Of a stretch of DNA of 64,000 nucleotides, positions 37,154 through 46,192 are shown in pieces. Within the stretch, counting starts at the first letter, position 1. Each line of letters starts with the position of its first letter. Under the pieces are notes generated by a model, which had not been told where the DNA came from, ran no database searches, and saw only the letters and a list, made by a program, of their open reading frames with translations. The stretch comes from Candidatus Multivorans sp. Its GTDB lineage: Bacteria > Acidobacteriota > Thermoanaerobaculia > Multivoradales > Multivoraceae. A program made the translations under genes and the position numbers. The stretch is from the NCBI GenBank assembly GCA_965247095.1, contig OZ251997.1, positions 2,688,001-2,752,000 of the forward strand, written 5' to 3'.

Positions 37154-37978
37154 ATGCCGGAGCTGCCGGAGGTCGAGGTTCTGCGCCGGAGCCTGGAGCG
37201 GCCACTCGTGGGCGACCGCTTCGAGGCGGTGCGCGTCCACTTCCCGACCCTGCGCGAACCGCTCTGCGCGCCGGCGCTCCGCCGCCTCGAAGGGCGGACG
37301 GTCCGCCGCCTGCGCCGGCGGGCGAAGTACCTGTGGATCGACGCCTCCGGCGGACTGACCCTGGTGGTGCACCTGGGGATGAGCGGCCGCTTGACGCTGG
37401 TCGACCGGGGGACACCGCTCGTGGCGCACGAACACCTCGGCTTCGATCTGGCGTCGGGCCGCCGGCTGCGGTTTTGCGATCCGCGGCGTTTCGGCGTCGC
37501 CTTCGTAGCGGCAACCGAAGACCTCGACGGCGACCGGCACTTTCGCCACCTCGGCGTCGAACCCCTGACGCCGGAGTTCGACGGGGCCTGTCTTGCGGCG
37601 CTGGCCCGTGGCCGCCGCGCCCCGGTCAAGAGCTTCCTGATGGACGCCTCCCTGGTCGTGGGCGTCGGCAACATCTACGCTTCGGAGGCGCTGTACCGCG
37701 CGGGCATCCACCCCCGCCGCTCCGTGGCGCGGATTGCCCGCCGGCGGTTCGACCGCCTCGGCGCGGCGGTTCGCGCCGTGCTCGGCGAGGCGATCGAGCA
37801 GGGCGGGACGACGCTCAACGACTTTGCCGACGGCGCGGGCAACTCCGGCTACTTCCAGGTCTCGCTCGACGTCTACGGCCGCGAGGGCGAGCCGTGTCCG
37901 GCCGGTTGCGGTTCAGGCATCCGCCGTTTCAACATCTCGAACCGCAGTACGTACTACTGCCCGCGCTGCCAGCGGTAG
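37154..37978 (+). CDS. mutM: Formamidopyrimidine-DNA glycosylase
   Basis: MPELPEVE, RRAKYL, HLGMSG, DPRRFG, GVGNIYASE, C-terminal Zn finger YCPRCQ. Confidence 0.97.
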   Translation: MPELPEVEVLRRSLERPLVGDRFEAVRVHFPTLREPLCAPALRRLEGRTVRRLRRRAKYLWIDASGGLTLVVHLGMSGRLTLVDRGTPLVAHEHLGFDLASGRRLRFCDPRRFGVAFVAATEDLDGDRHFRHLGVEPLTPEFDGACLAALARGRRAPVKSFLMDASLVVGVGNIYASEALYRAGIHPRRSVARIARRRFDRLGAAVRAVLGEAIEQGGTTLNDFADGAGNSGYFQVSLDVYGREGEPCPAGCGSGIRRFNISNRSTYYCPRCQR

Positions 37979-38045
37979 GCGGGCCGGGCGCTCCACCCGT
38001 CTTGACGAACCGGAACCGCAGTCCGGTCGCGTGTACGATTCGGGC

Positions 38046-38441
38046 ATGCGCCCCAAGTCGCAGGACGACCAGCTTCAAGCAGCAGCCGCTGCATCTCGGG
38101 CGGCCGATGGGCTTGACCTGCTCATCCTGTACGGATCCCGTGCGCGCGGCGATGCCCGTCGGAATGCGGACTGGGACTTCGGCTACCTCGGCGACGACCC
38201 GATGGACGTGGCGGGCCTTCTGGCTGCACTCGTCGAGGCTCTCGGGGACGACAACGTCGATCTTGTGGATCTGGACCGGACGACCGGTCTGCTGCGCTTC
38301 AGGGCCGCCTGCGACGGCTTGCTCGTGTACGAGTCGGAGTTTGGCGTGTTTGACCGCTATCGGCTCGACGCCGCGAGCTTCTGGTGCGAGAACGTCTCGA
38401 TCTTCGAGCGAGGCTACGAAGAGACTCTGGAGGCCCTGTAG
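38046..38441 (+). CDS. MNT (minimal nucleotidyltransferase) antitoxin
   Basis: LYGSRARGDARRNADWD (GSX10DXD), VDLVDL. Confidence 0.9.
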   Translation: MRPKSQDDQLQAAAAASRAADGLDLLILYGSRARGDARRNADWDFGYLGDDPMDVAGLLAALVEALGDDNVDLVDLDRTTGLLRFRAACDGLLVYESEFGVFDRYRLDAASFWCENVSIFERGYEETLEAL

Positions 38442-38443
38442 CC

Positions 38444-38869
38444 GTGCGGGTGCTCGACCGAGCCGTTCTTGCGGAGCGCGTGATGGTCGTCGAGCGTCAT
38501 CTCGAGCGGGTGGCGGATCGGCTGCCCGCCTCGCTGGCAGGCTTTCGGCCCGCGACGGATACAGCCGACGCCGTCCTGCTTCATCTCTGGCAGGCGACGC
38601 AGATCGTGATCGACACCGCCATGGGCGCTTGCCTGAATCTCTCCCTGGGAACTCCCTGCAGCTACGCGGATGCGTTTCGACGCCTTGAGAACGGAGGGAT
38701 CATCAGCACCGTCCTCGCCGATCGGCTGGTCCGCGCCGCCGGATTCCGCAATCTCGTAGCTCACGCCTACGAGTCGTTGGACATGGCGCGCGTCCATGAG
38801 GCCGCAAGGACCGGTCCCGCTGACCTGCGCCGGTTTCTTGCCTGCCTGAGCAAGCACGCGGAAGAGTAG
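38444..38869 (+). CDS. HEPN (DUF86/HepT) toxin
   Basis: GFRNLVAHAY (RX4HXY) directly downstream of MNT. Confidence 0.9.
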   Translation: MRVLDRAVLAERVMVVERHLERVADRLPASLAGFRPATDTADAVLLHLWQATQIVIDTAMGACLNLSLGTPCSYADAFRRLENGGIISTVLADRLVRAAGFRNLVAHAYESLDMARVHEAARTGPADLRRFLACLSKHAEE

Positions 38870-38907
38870 AGCGAAGTACTTCGCGCGGCGAGAAGAGCCC
38901 GGTGCCG

Positions 38908-40683
38908 CTACGTCAGCGGCCAGAACCTCGGGATCAGCAGCACGGAGATCACGAAAAACATGATCTTGAGCGGGGCGCCGAACTTCACGTAGTCCATGAA
39001 GCGGTAGCCGCCGGGACCGAAGACCATCGCGTTCGTCTGGTATCCCATCGGGGTCAGGAAGCTGGCGGAGGCGGCGAACGCGACGGTGATCATGAACGGC
39101 TTGGGGTCGAGCCCCATGGAGGTCGCGGCGGTGCCGGCGATCGGCACCATGAGCACCGCGGTCGAGTTGTTCGACACGATCTCCGAGAGCAGGGCGGTCG
39201 CCAGGTAGATCAGCGCGATCACCGCCCAAGCCCCGTAGTCGGCGCCGGCGTTCGCGATCGTCTCGCCGATCATCGCCGCCAGCCCCGTCTTCTCCATCGC
39301 GATTCCCATCGGCAGGATGCCGACGAGCAGGAAGATGACGGTCCAGTTGATCGCTTCGTAGGCCTGCTGCACGGAGATTCCGCCAAAGACGATGAGAGCC
39401 ACAGCGCCCAGAATCGAGGCCTTGAGGATCGATGTCACGCCGGTGGCTGCGAGGAGGACGACGAGCGGGATGATCGCCACGCTGAGCCACCACCTGCGGG
39501 GGACCACGAGCCGCAGCTTGACTTCCTGCAGCGGCACGAAGTCCTCCGTCTCGTAGAGGGCTTCGATCCGGGAACGGGGGCCGAACACGAGCAGGGTGTC
39601 CCAGTTGTGGAGGACGATGTGAGCCAGCTTCTCGCGGATCGATTCGCCGTAGCGGTTGAGCGCCAGCACGAAGCAGCCGAAGCGGCGGCGGAAGTCCAGA
39701 TCCCGGATCGTCGAGCCGGTAAGCCGGGAGACCGGTGAGAGCTGGATCTCGGCCATGATGTTGTTCTGGTCCGAGAGTTCGCGATCGTCGACCTTGACGT
39801 CGGTCAGGAGACGCAGGCCGTGGTGGTCCCGGAAGTTGACGATGTCCTCCATGCGCCCTTCGACGATCAGGAGATCTCCCCCCTGAATCGGCCGCGCGCG
39901 CAGTTCGACCGCGATCCGCTCGCCGCCGCGCAGGATCTCCAGCACGGTCAGGCGGAATCGTTCGTTGATGCGGGCTTCGACCACGTTGCTGCCGATGAGC
40001 TGGCTCCCCTCGGGCACCTGGACCTCGGTCAGAAACGACGACAGTTGGTACTTGGCGGTCAGGTCGGAGGTGGCGGCGCGGGGCTTCAGAAAGCGCATCG
40101 GCACCAGGACGATGTACGTGAAACCAACGGCCAGCAGGATGAGTCCGAGACCTAGAAACTCGAACATGCTGAAGGCGCCGTAGCCGCTCTCTTCCGACCT
40201 CGAGCTGACCAGCAGGTTGGTCGAGGTGCCGATCAGGGTGCAGGTGCCGCCGATGATGGAGAGGTAGGACAGCGGCAGCAGAATCCGGGACGGCGACACG
40301 TCGTAGTGCTTGGCGATCTGGATGCCGACCGGCATCAGGATCGCCATCGCGGCGGTGTTGTTGACGAAGGCCGAAAGCACGCCGCAGACGAGAATCAGGG
40401 CGATGGCGCCAAGCCAGTGCGTGGCGCCGGACATCTGCGAGAGTTTCTGGCCGAAGCGGTCGATCAGGCCGGTGTGAGCCAGTCCGTAGCTGAGGATGAA
40501 CATCATCATCACCGTGATCACGGCGTCGTTGCTGAAGCCCCGGATCGCTTCCTGGGGCGTCACCAGACCGAACAGCAGCAGCAGCCCCAGGCTGGAGAGA
40601 GCGACCGCGTCGATCGGCAGCCACTCGAAGCTGAAGGCCAGGAACGTGAAGGCGATGATCGCTACGAGGATCCAGATATCCAT
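38908..40683 (-). CDS. SLC13/CitM-like permease with TrkA-C domains
   Basis: SAFVNNT, GGTCTLIGTSTN, two RCK_C domains, FLTPMGYQTN.MV.GPGGY.F.D. Confidence 0.93.
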   Translation of the reverse strand: MDIWILVAIIAFTFLAFSFEWLPIDAVALSSLGLLLLFGLVTPQEAIRGFSNDAVITVMMMFILSYGLAHTGLIDRFGQKLSQMSGATHWLGAIALILVCGVLSAFVNNTAAMAILMPVGIQIAKHYDVSPSRILLPLSYLSIIGGTCTLIGTSTNLLVSSRSEESGYGAFSMFEFLGLGLILLAVGFTYIVLVPMRFLKPRAATSDLTAKYQLSSFLTEVQVPEGSQLIGSNVVEARINERFRLTVLEILRGGERIAVELRARPIQGGDLLIVEGRMEDIVNFRDHHGLRLLTDVKVDDRELSDQNNIMAEIQLSPVSRLTGSTIRDLDFRRRFGCFVLALNRYGESIREKLAHIVLHNWDTLLVFGPRSRIEALYETEDFVPLQEVKLRLVVPRRWWLSVAIIPLVVLLAATGVTSILKASILGAVALIVFGGISVQQAYEAINWTVIFLLVGILPMGIAMEKTGLAAMIGETIANAGADYGAWAVIALIYLATALLSEIVSNNSTAVLMVPIAGTAATSMGLDPKPFMITVAFAASASFLTPMGYQTNAMVFGPGGYRFMDYVKFGAPLKIMFFVISVLLIPRFWPLT

Positions 40684-40702
40684 GGGCAGCCGCCTCTAGC
40701 AG

Positions 40703-41539
40703 CTAGCCGATCGGCAGGCGGCGGTGGGAGGCGACGGGCATCGAGCGCCGCACCTCGGCAACACGCCGCCGGTCGATCTCGGCGACCGCGATCCCCGGCG
40801 CGTCACCCGCGTCTGCCAGGACGTGACCCCAGGGGTCGATGATCACCGAGTGCCCGTAGCTGTGACGAAGCCCGCGGTCGTCGTGTTTGCCGGTCTGCGC
40901 CGCGGCCAACACGTAGCACTGGGTCTCGATCGCGCGGGCGCGCAGCAGCGGGCGCCAGTGGTCTTTCCCCGTCATCAGGGTGAAGGCGGAGGGCACGGTC
41001 AGGATCTCCGCGCCGTCACGGGCCAACCGCAGGTAGAGCTCGGGGAACCGGAGGTCGTAGCAGATCGTGAGGCCGAGGCGGCCGAGTGGCGTGTCGACGG
41101 TGACCGTGTCCGCACCGGGTACGGCGGTCTTCGACTCCAGGAACCGCACGGCGTCGGAGACATCCACGTCGAAGAGGTGAATCTTGCGGTAGGTGGCCGC
41201 AATCTGCCCTTGGGGATCGAACAGGACGCTGGTGTTGTAGCAGCGGCTGCCGTCCTCCTCGGGCGAGAGTTCGTTGTAGGAGCCGAGGAGGAGGTAGATG
41301 CCCCGGTCCCGGGCCAGCGCCGCGAAGCGGCCGCAGGTTGCGCCCGAGGTCGGCTCCGCGAGCTTCACCTTTTCCTTGTGCGGTCCGAGATAGTTCGTGT
41401 TCTCCGGCGTGGTCACGAACTTCGCGCCGCGGTCCGCCGCGGTCTCGATCCAGTGGCGGGCCGTCTCCCAGTTCGCCTGCTCGTCGGACGTGGCGCCCAT
41501 CTGGACGACGGCGGCGAGATAGGTCGATGTGTCGTTCAT
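40703..41539 (-). CDS. Carbon-nitrogen hydrolase (Nit1/YbeM-like)
   Basis: TPEN, YRKIHLFD, ICYDLRFPE, TGKDHW..LLRARAIE. Confidence 0.92.
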   Translation of the reverse strand: MNDTSTYLAAVVQMGATSDEQANWETARHWIETAADRGAKFVTTPENTNYLGPHKEKVKLAEPTSGATCGRFAALARDRGIYLLLGSYNELSPEEDGSRCYNTSVLFDPQGQIAATYRKIHLFDVDVSDAVRFLESKTAVPGADTVTVDTPLGRLGLTICYDLRFPELYLRLARDGAEILTVPSAFTLMTGKDHWRPLLRARAIETQCYVLAAAQTGKHDDRGLRHSYGHSVIIDPWGHVLADAGDAPGIAVAEIDRRRVAEVRRSMPVASHRRLPIG

Positions 41540-41608
41540 TCCGGTCGCATCCCTTCGCCGGGAGCTTACCGCCGCCCGGCCACGATCCGGGCTAAGCTTC
41601 GGGCACCC

Positions 41609-44600
41609 ATGTGCGGGATCGTCGGCATCCTGATGCGCTCCCACCCCGGGCCGGCGACCTGTTCGCGGGAACTGCTGGAGGGGCTCGTCGCGAGCGGTCG
41701 CTGCGTAGAGGCGGCGGTCGGTGGTCTGGATGGCGCCGATGCGGAGGTGCTCGCGTCGGCTCTGACCGATGCCGCCTCGGGGATCGCGAGCTGGAATCGG
41801 CGGCTGCGCGCCCGTCCCGCGGTGCGCTCCCTGGTGCGGGACCCGGCGCTGTGCGCTGCGGTTGCCGACGCGCTCGAGCCAAGCTTCAAGGCACTCAAGA
41901 GACTGGAGTCGAACCTGGACGCCGGCGCCGCGGCGTTCGGCGACGCGGGCCTGGAGGTGCTCAACCGGGCGGCGGGCGCCCTGGCGGACGCCGAGTGGGC
42001 GATCCGCTGCGACCGGTTGCGGACCGCGGCCGAGGTCCGGGCTCTGGCGCCGGCCGGCGTCAGCGACGCGGGGCTCGACGTGCTGATCGGGGTCCACCAG
42101 GCCTTCTCGTCCCTCGACCGGCTGGAGATCCGCGGTCGCGACTCCGCCGGCCTGTTCCTGCTGCTCTCGGGACACGGCCTCGACGCGGGCGATCCGGCGA
42201 TCCGGGCGGAGCTCGACCGGCGGAGGGGGGATTCTCTGTTCGGCCATCGCGCGATCGCCCGACGCGGCGGTCGCCTGAGCCTGATCTACAAGTGCGCCGA
42301 AGAGATCGGTGAGCTGGGCGACAACGTGCGCTTCCTGCGCGCGGCGGTGGCAGGCGACCCGGTCCTGGCGGCGGCGCTCGAGAGTCCGGACGTCGAAGCG
42401 GCCATCCTCGGGCACACGCGTTGGGCCAGCGTCGGCCGGGTCAACGAGGCGAACGCACATCCCTTGAACGAGGCGGAGGCGAGTGCCGGCGAAGCAGGCT
42501 CGGAGCACGCGCCGCAGGTCGTGGCGGCGATCAACGGCGACATCGACAACCACGCCGACCTGCGGGTGCTGGAGAAGCTGGACATCGACCCGCGCATCAC
42601 GACCGACACGAAGGTCATGCCGGTGCTCATGTCGCGCCGGCTGGCCCACGGCGACGAACCGCTCGAGGCGTTCCGCGGCACGGTTTCGGGGTTCGAGGGT
42701 TCGCTCGCCGTCGGCACGCTCTGCGGCGACGATCCGAACCGGCTCTACCTGGCGATCCAGGGCAGTGGCCAGGGGCTCTATGTGGGACTCGCGGACCACG
42801 CCTTCGTGGTGGCCAGCGAGCCGTACGGCCTGGTGGAGGAGACCTCCACGTATCTGCGTCTGGACGGTGAGGCGACGGTCGGCCCCGACCGGCCAAGCGT
42901 CGCCACGGGCCAGATCGCGGTGCTCGACGCGCGGCGCGCCGGCGACCTGGGGGGTATCGAGCGTTGTGGATTGGACGGCTCGCCGCTGCCGCTGGACAGG
43001 GAGGAGTTGGAGCGGGCGGAGATCACGACCCGCGACATCGACCGGGGCGAGTTTCCTCATTTCCTGCTCAAGGAGATCAGCGAAGCACCGCGATCGGTGC
43101 TGAAGACGCTACGCGGGAAGTTGTTCGAGGATGCTGCCGGACGCCTCAGGGTGACGTTGGGCCGGCAGACGATCCCGGACGCCGTGGCGCGCGACCTGGG
43201 AAGCGGCGCGATCACCAGAATCGTGATCACCGGCCAGGGCACGGCCGCCGTCGCCGGTCAGGGCATCGCCGCCGCGACCCTTGGCCGGCTGCGCGAGCGC
43301 GGTCTCACCGGGCTTCGAGTCGAGGCGATGCCGGCGACGGAACTTTCGGGCTTCCACCTGCAGCCCGACATGACGGACACCCTGGTCGTGGCGGTCAGTC
43401 AGTCGGGCACGACGACGGACACGCTGCGCACCCTCAACCTGACGCAGCGCCGCGGGGCCCGCGCCATCGCCATCGTCAACCGCCGCGACTCCGATCTGGC
43501 GGACCGGGCGGACGGCGTGCTCTACACTTCGGACGGCCGGGACGTGGAGATGAGCGTCGCCTCGACCAAGGCCTTCTATTCCCAGATCGCGGCCGGGATG
43601 CTGCTGGCCGTGTCGGTCGCCGACCTGGTCGCGGGCGGGGCCGACGAGCGGCCCGCCGCCGACCGGCTGCTGCGGGAGCTGCGGGCATTGCCGGAGGCGA
43701 TGGAACGCACCCTCGCGTTGCGGGAGGGAATCGCCGCGGCGGCGCGGCGGTACGCGCCGAGGCTGCGGGACTGGTCGGTGGTCGGCAACGGCCTCGACCG
43801 CATCGCGGCGGAGGAGATCCGAATCAAGCTTGCGGAACTCTGCTACAAGGCGATCGCCTGCGACGCGACGGAGGACAAGAAGCACATCGACCTGTCGTCC
43901 GAACCGCTGATCCTGGTGTGCGCGACGGGAGTCCACGGTTCGACCGCGGCCGATACGAGGAAGGAGATCGACGTCTACCGGGCGCACCGCGCCACGCCGA
44001 TCGTCATCGCCTCGGAGGGCGCCGGGTTCCAGGCGGCGCCGGTGGTGATCGAAGTGCCCGAGGCCGCGCCCGAGTTGTCCTTCGTGCTGGCGACGGTCGT
44101 CGGTCACCTGTTCGGCTACCACGCGGCGCTTGCCATCGACGATCTCGCCAAGCCGCTGCGCGCAATCCGCGCCGCGCTCGGCTCGATCGCGGGCGCCGCG
44201 ACGCCCTCCCGGCCGGTCGCCCGGTTGCGTGAACTGGCGGCCGCCGAGATCGACGCCGTTCGTGAGGGCCTGGCCGACGGAAGCTACGACGGCAACCTGC
44301 ACACCGGCAGGGCGGTGCGGCTGGCCGTCGCACTCGACCGCCTGAGCGCCGGCGAGTCCGCAGACGGCGGGGAGACCGACACGGCGGCGCTGCTCGAGGC
44401 TCTGCGGAGCTCCCTGACTCCGGCCATCGACGATCTGACCCGGCACATCGACACGATCAAGCACCAGGCGAAGACGGTGACCGTGGGCATCTCCCGCCAC
44501 GACCAGACCCTGGGGCGGATGTCCCTGGCGACCGCCCTGCTCGAGGCCGGCGCGCCGGAAGAGTCGATCTCGTCCGAGGACCGGCGGACGATGAGCGCGC

Positions 44601-45166
44601 TCGATCCCTTCGTCGACCAGGTGCTCGGCTACGTCCGCTACCAGCTCTGGTGTGGAGGCGACGGTCCCGCGCCGGGCGACGCCGCCACCATCCGCGTGTT
44701 GCGCGCCGGCGGCCTGTGCCGCGATCTCCAGTCGCGGACGGTGCGGCAGCCGTTGCTCCAGGGCACCAAGTACGCGGTCGCGGTCGAGGGCCGGTTGATG
44801 GCGGCGCGGGGCCGGACGGATGGCCGGGTGTTCATCGGCGTGCCCGAATTCGAGAGCGGCGAGGTCACGGCTCTCAGCCTGATCCACGTGCGCTTCCGCG
44901 AGCGCGCCCCGGCGCCCGAGCTTCGCCGGTTGCTCTCCGGCTACCGCGAGCGCTACTCGGGCCTGCGCGACCAGGTGCTGAAGAAGGCGCCGGAGTTCGA
45001 CGACCGGCTACTGGCCGAACTTCCGGTCGAGGACCTTCTGATCGACCCCGTGTCCCAGCTCGCGGAGCGTTGGCAGAGTCCTGGGAACGCGGGCGTCTCG
45101 CCCGCATCCGGCGGCGGCAGCGCGCGGGGGCACGGCGCGAGCCTGCTCGAGGCGCCACAGCCATGA
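41609..45166 (+). CDS. Giant GlmS-like glutamine amidotransferase/SIS protein (1185 aa)
   Basis: MCGIVG, RGRDSAG, GHTRWAS, NAHP, NGDIDN, SQSGTTTDT, VASTKAF, KLAELCY, KKH, AKTVTV; large insertions and a C-terminal extension. Confidence 0.85.
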   Translation: MCGIVGILMRSHPGPATCSRELLEGLVASGRCVEAAVGGLDGADAEVLASALTDAASGIASWNRRLRARPAVRSLVRDPALCAAVADALEPSFKALKRLESNLDAGAAAFGDAGLEVLNRAAGALADAEWAIRCDRLRTAAEVRALAPAGVSDAGLDVLIGVHQAFSSLDRLEIRGRDSAGLFLLLSGHGLDAGDPAIRAELDRRRGDSLFGHRAIARRGGRLSLIYKCAEEIGELGDNVRFLRAAVAGDPVLAAALESPDVEAAILGHTRWASVGRVNEANAHPLNEAEASAGEAGSEHAPQVVAAINGDIDNHADLRVLEKLDIDPRITTDTKVMPVLMSRRLAHGDEPLEAFRGTVSGFEGSLAVGTLCGDDPNRLYLAIQGSGQGLYVGLADHAFVVASEPYGLVEETSTYLRLDGEATVGPDRPSVATGQIAVLDARRAGDLGGIERCGLDGSPLPLDREELERAEITTRDIDRGEFPHFLLKEISEAPRSVLKTLRGKLFEDAAGRLRVTLGRQTIPDAVARDLGSGAITRIVITGQGTAAVAGQGIAAATLGRLRERGLTGLRVEAMPATELSGFHLQPDMTDTLVVAVSQSGTTTDTLRTLNLTQRRGARAIAIVNRRDSDLADRADGVLYTSDGRDVEMSVASTKAFYSQIAAGMLLAVSVADLVAGGADERPAADRLLRELRALPEAMERTLALREGIAAAARRYAPRLRDWSVVGNGLDRIAAEEIRIKLAELCYKAIACDATEDKKHIDLSSEPLILVCATGVHGSTAADTRKEIDVYRAHRATPIVIASEGAGFQAAPVVIEVPEAAPELSFVLATVVGHLFGYHAALAIDDLAKPLRAIRAALGSIAGAATPSRPVARLRELAAAEIDAVREGLADGSYDGNLHTGRAVRLAVALDRLSAGESADGGETDTAALLEALRSSLTPAIDDLTRHIDTIKHQAKTVTVGISRHDQTLGRMSLATALLEAGAPEESISSEDRRTMSALDPFVDQVLGYVRYQLWCGGDGPAPGDAATIRVLRAGGLCRDLQSRTVRQPLLQGTKYAVAVEGRLMAARGRTDGRVFIGVPEFESGEVTALSLIHVRFRERAPAPELRRLLSGYRERYSGLRDQVLKKAPEFDDRLLAELPVEDLLIDPVSQLAERWQSPGNAGVSPASGGGSARGHGASLLEAPQP
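45079..45108. repeat. REP-like palindrome within a coding sequence
   Basis: TCCTGGGAACGCGGGCGTCTCGCCCGCATC, near-identical to 16867-16896. Confidence 0.75.
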
Positions 45167-46134
45167 GGATCCTGCTCACCGGCAGCGCCGGGTTCATCGG
45201 CTTTCACGTTGCCAGGGCTTTGCTCGGCCGCGGCGACGAGGTGATCGGGTACGACAGCTTCAATCGGTACTACGACCCCGAGCTCAAGGAGGCCCGCAAC
45301 GCGATCCTCGAAGAGCGCCCCAACTTTCGTCTGGTCCGCGCCGACATCGGGGATAGGCCCGCCCTTCAGGCCGCCTTCGACGAGCTCGTCGATGGCGCTG
45401 CCGGCGGCGAGACGCGGGTCTGCCACCTCGCGGCCCAGGCCGGAGTACGCCATTCGATCGCCCATCCGAACGCGTTCGTTCGCGACAACGTGCAGGCCTT
45501 CACGCACGTGCTGGAGCTGTGCCGCGACCGGGAGGTCGGCGGCCTGATCTACGCCTCGAGCAGCTCGGTGTACGGCGACAGCACGCGGGAGCGGCTCAGC
45601 GAGGACGACGGCACTTCCGCTCAGTGCTCCCTCTACGGCGCGACGAAGAAGATGAACGAGCTGATGGCCTCGGTCTACAACCACCTCTACGGCCTGCGGG
45701 CGACCGGCCTGCGCTTCTTCACCGTCTACGGCCCCTGGGGCAGACCCGACATGGCCCTGTTCCTGTTCACCGGCGCCGTGCTGCGCGGGGAGCGCATGGA
45801 GGTCTTCGGGCACGGCCGGATGCACCGGGACTTCACCTACATCGACGACATCGTCGCCGGCGTCGTGTCGGCGATCGACTGCAACCACGAACTTCTGGTG
45901 TGCAATCTCGCCGCCGGCCGCACCGAGGAGCTGATGGAGTTCATCCGCCAGATCGAGTCGAGCTGCGGCCGCGAGGGCGAGAAGGAGTTCCTGCCCATGC
46001 AGCCGGGCGATGTCGTCCGCACCTCGGCCGACCTCACCCAGGCCAGGAAGTACCTCGGCTACGAGCCGACGACCGCGATCGATGTCGGGATCCCCCGCTT
46101 CGTCGACTGGTATCGCAGCCACTACGGCCTGTAG
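45163..46134 (+). CDS. NAD-dependent epimerase (UDP-glucuronate 4-epimerase-like)
   Basis: TGSAGFIG, HLAAQAGVR, YASSSSVYG, YGATK, LRFFTVYGPWGRPDMA, RDFTYIDD, PMQPGDV. Confidence 0.93.
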   Translation: MRILLTGSAGFIGFHVARALLGRGDEVIGYDSFNRYYDPELKEARNAILEERPNFRLVRADIGDRPALQAAFDELVDGAAGGETRVCHLAAQAGVRHSIAHPNAFVRDNVQAFTHVLELCRDREVGGLIYASSSSVYGDSTRERLSEDDGTSAQCSLYGATKKMNELMASVYNHLYGLRATGLRFFTVYGPWGRPDMALFLFTGAVLRGERMEVFGHGRMHRDFTYIDDIVAGVVSAIDCNHELLVCNLAAGRTEELMEFIRQIESSCGREGEKEFLPMQPGDVVRTSADLTQARKYLGYEPTTAIDVGIPRFVDWYRSHYGL

Positions 46135-46192
46135 GGGTGGCCGGCGCCGGTCCGGTTATCGTTGCCGCCCGAACAACCTCAGGAGTCACAGC

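Noticed and set aside
40724-41608. N-terminal part of the 1480-aa ORF
   Set aside because: Antisense to the nitrilase-family gene; Ntn amidotransferases need Cys at position 2, fixing the start at 41609
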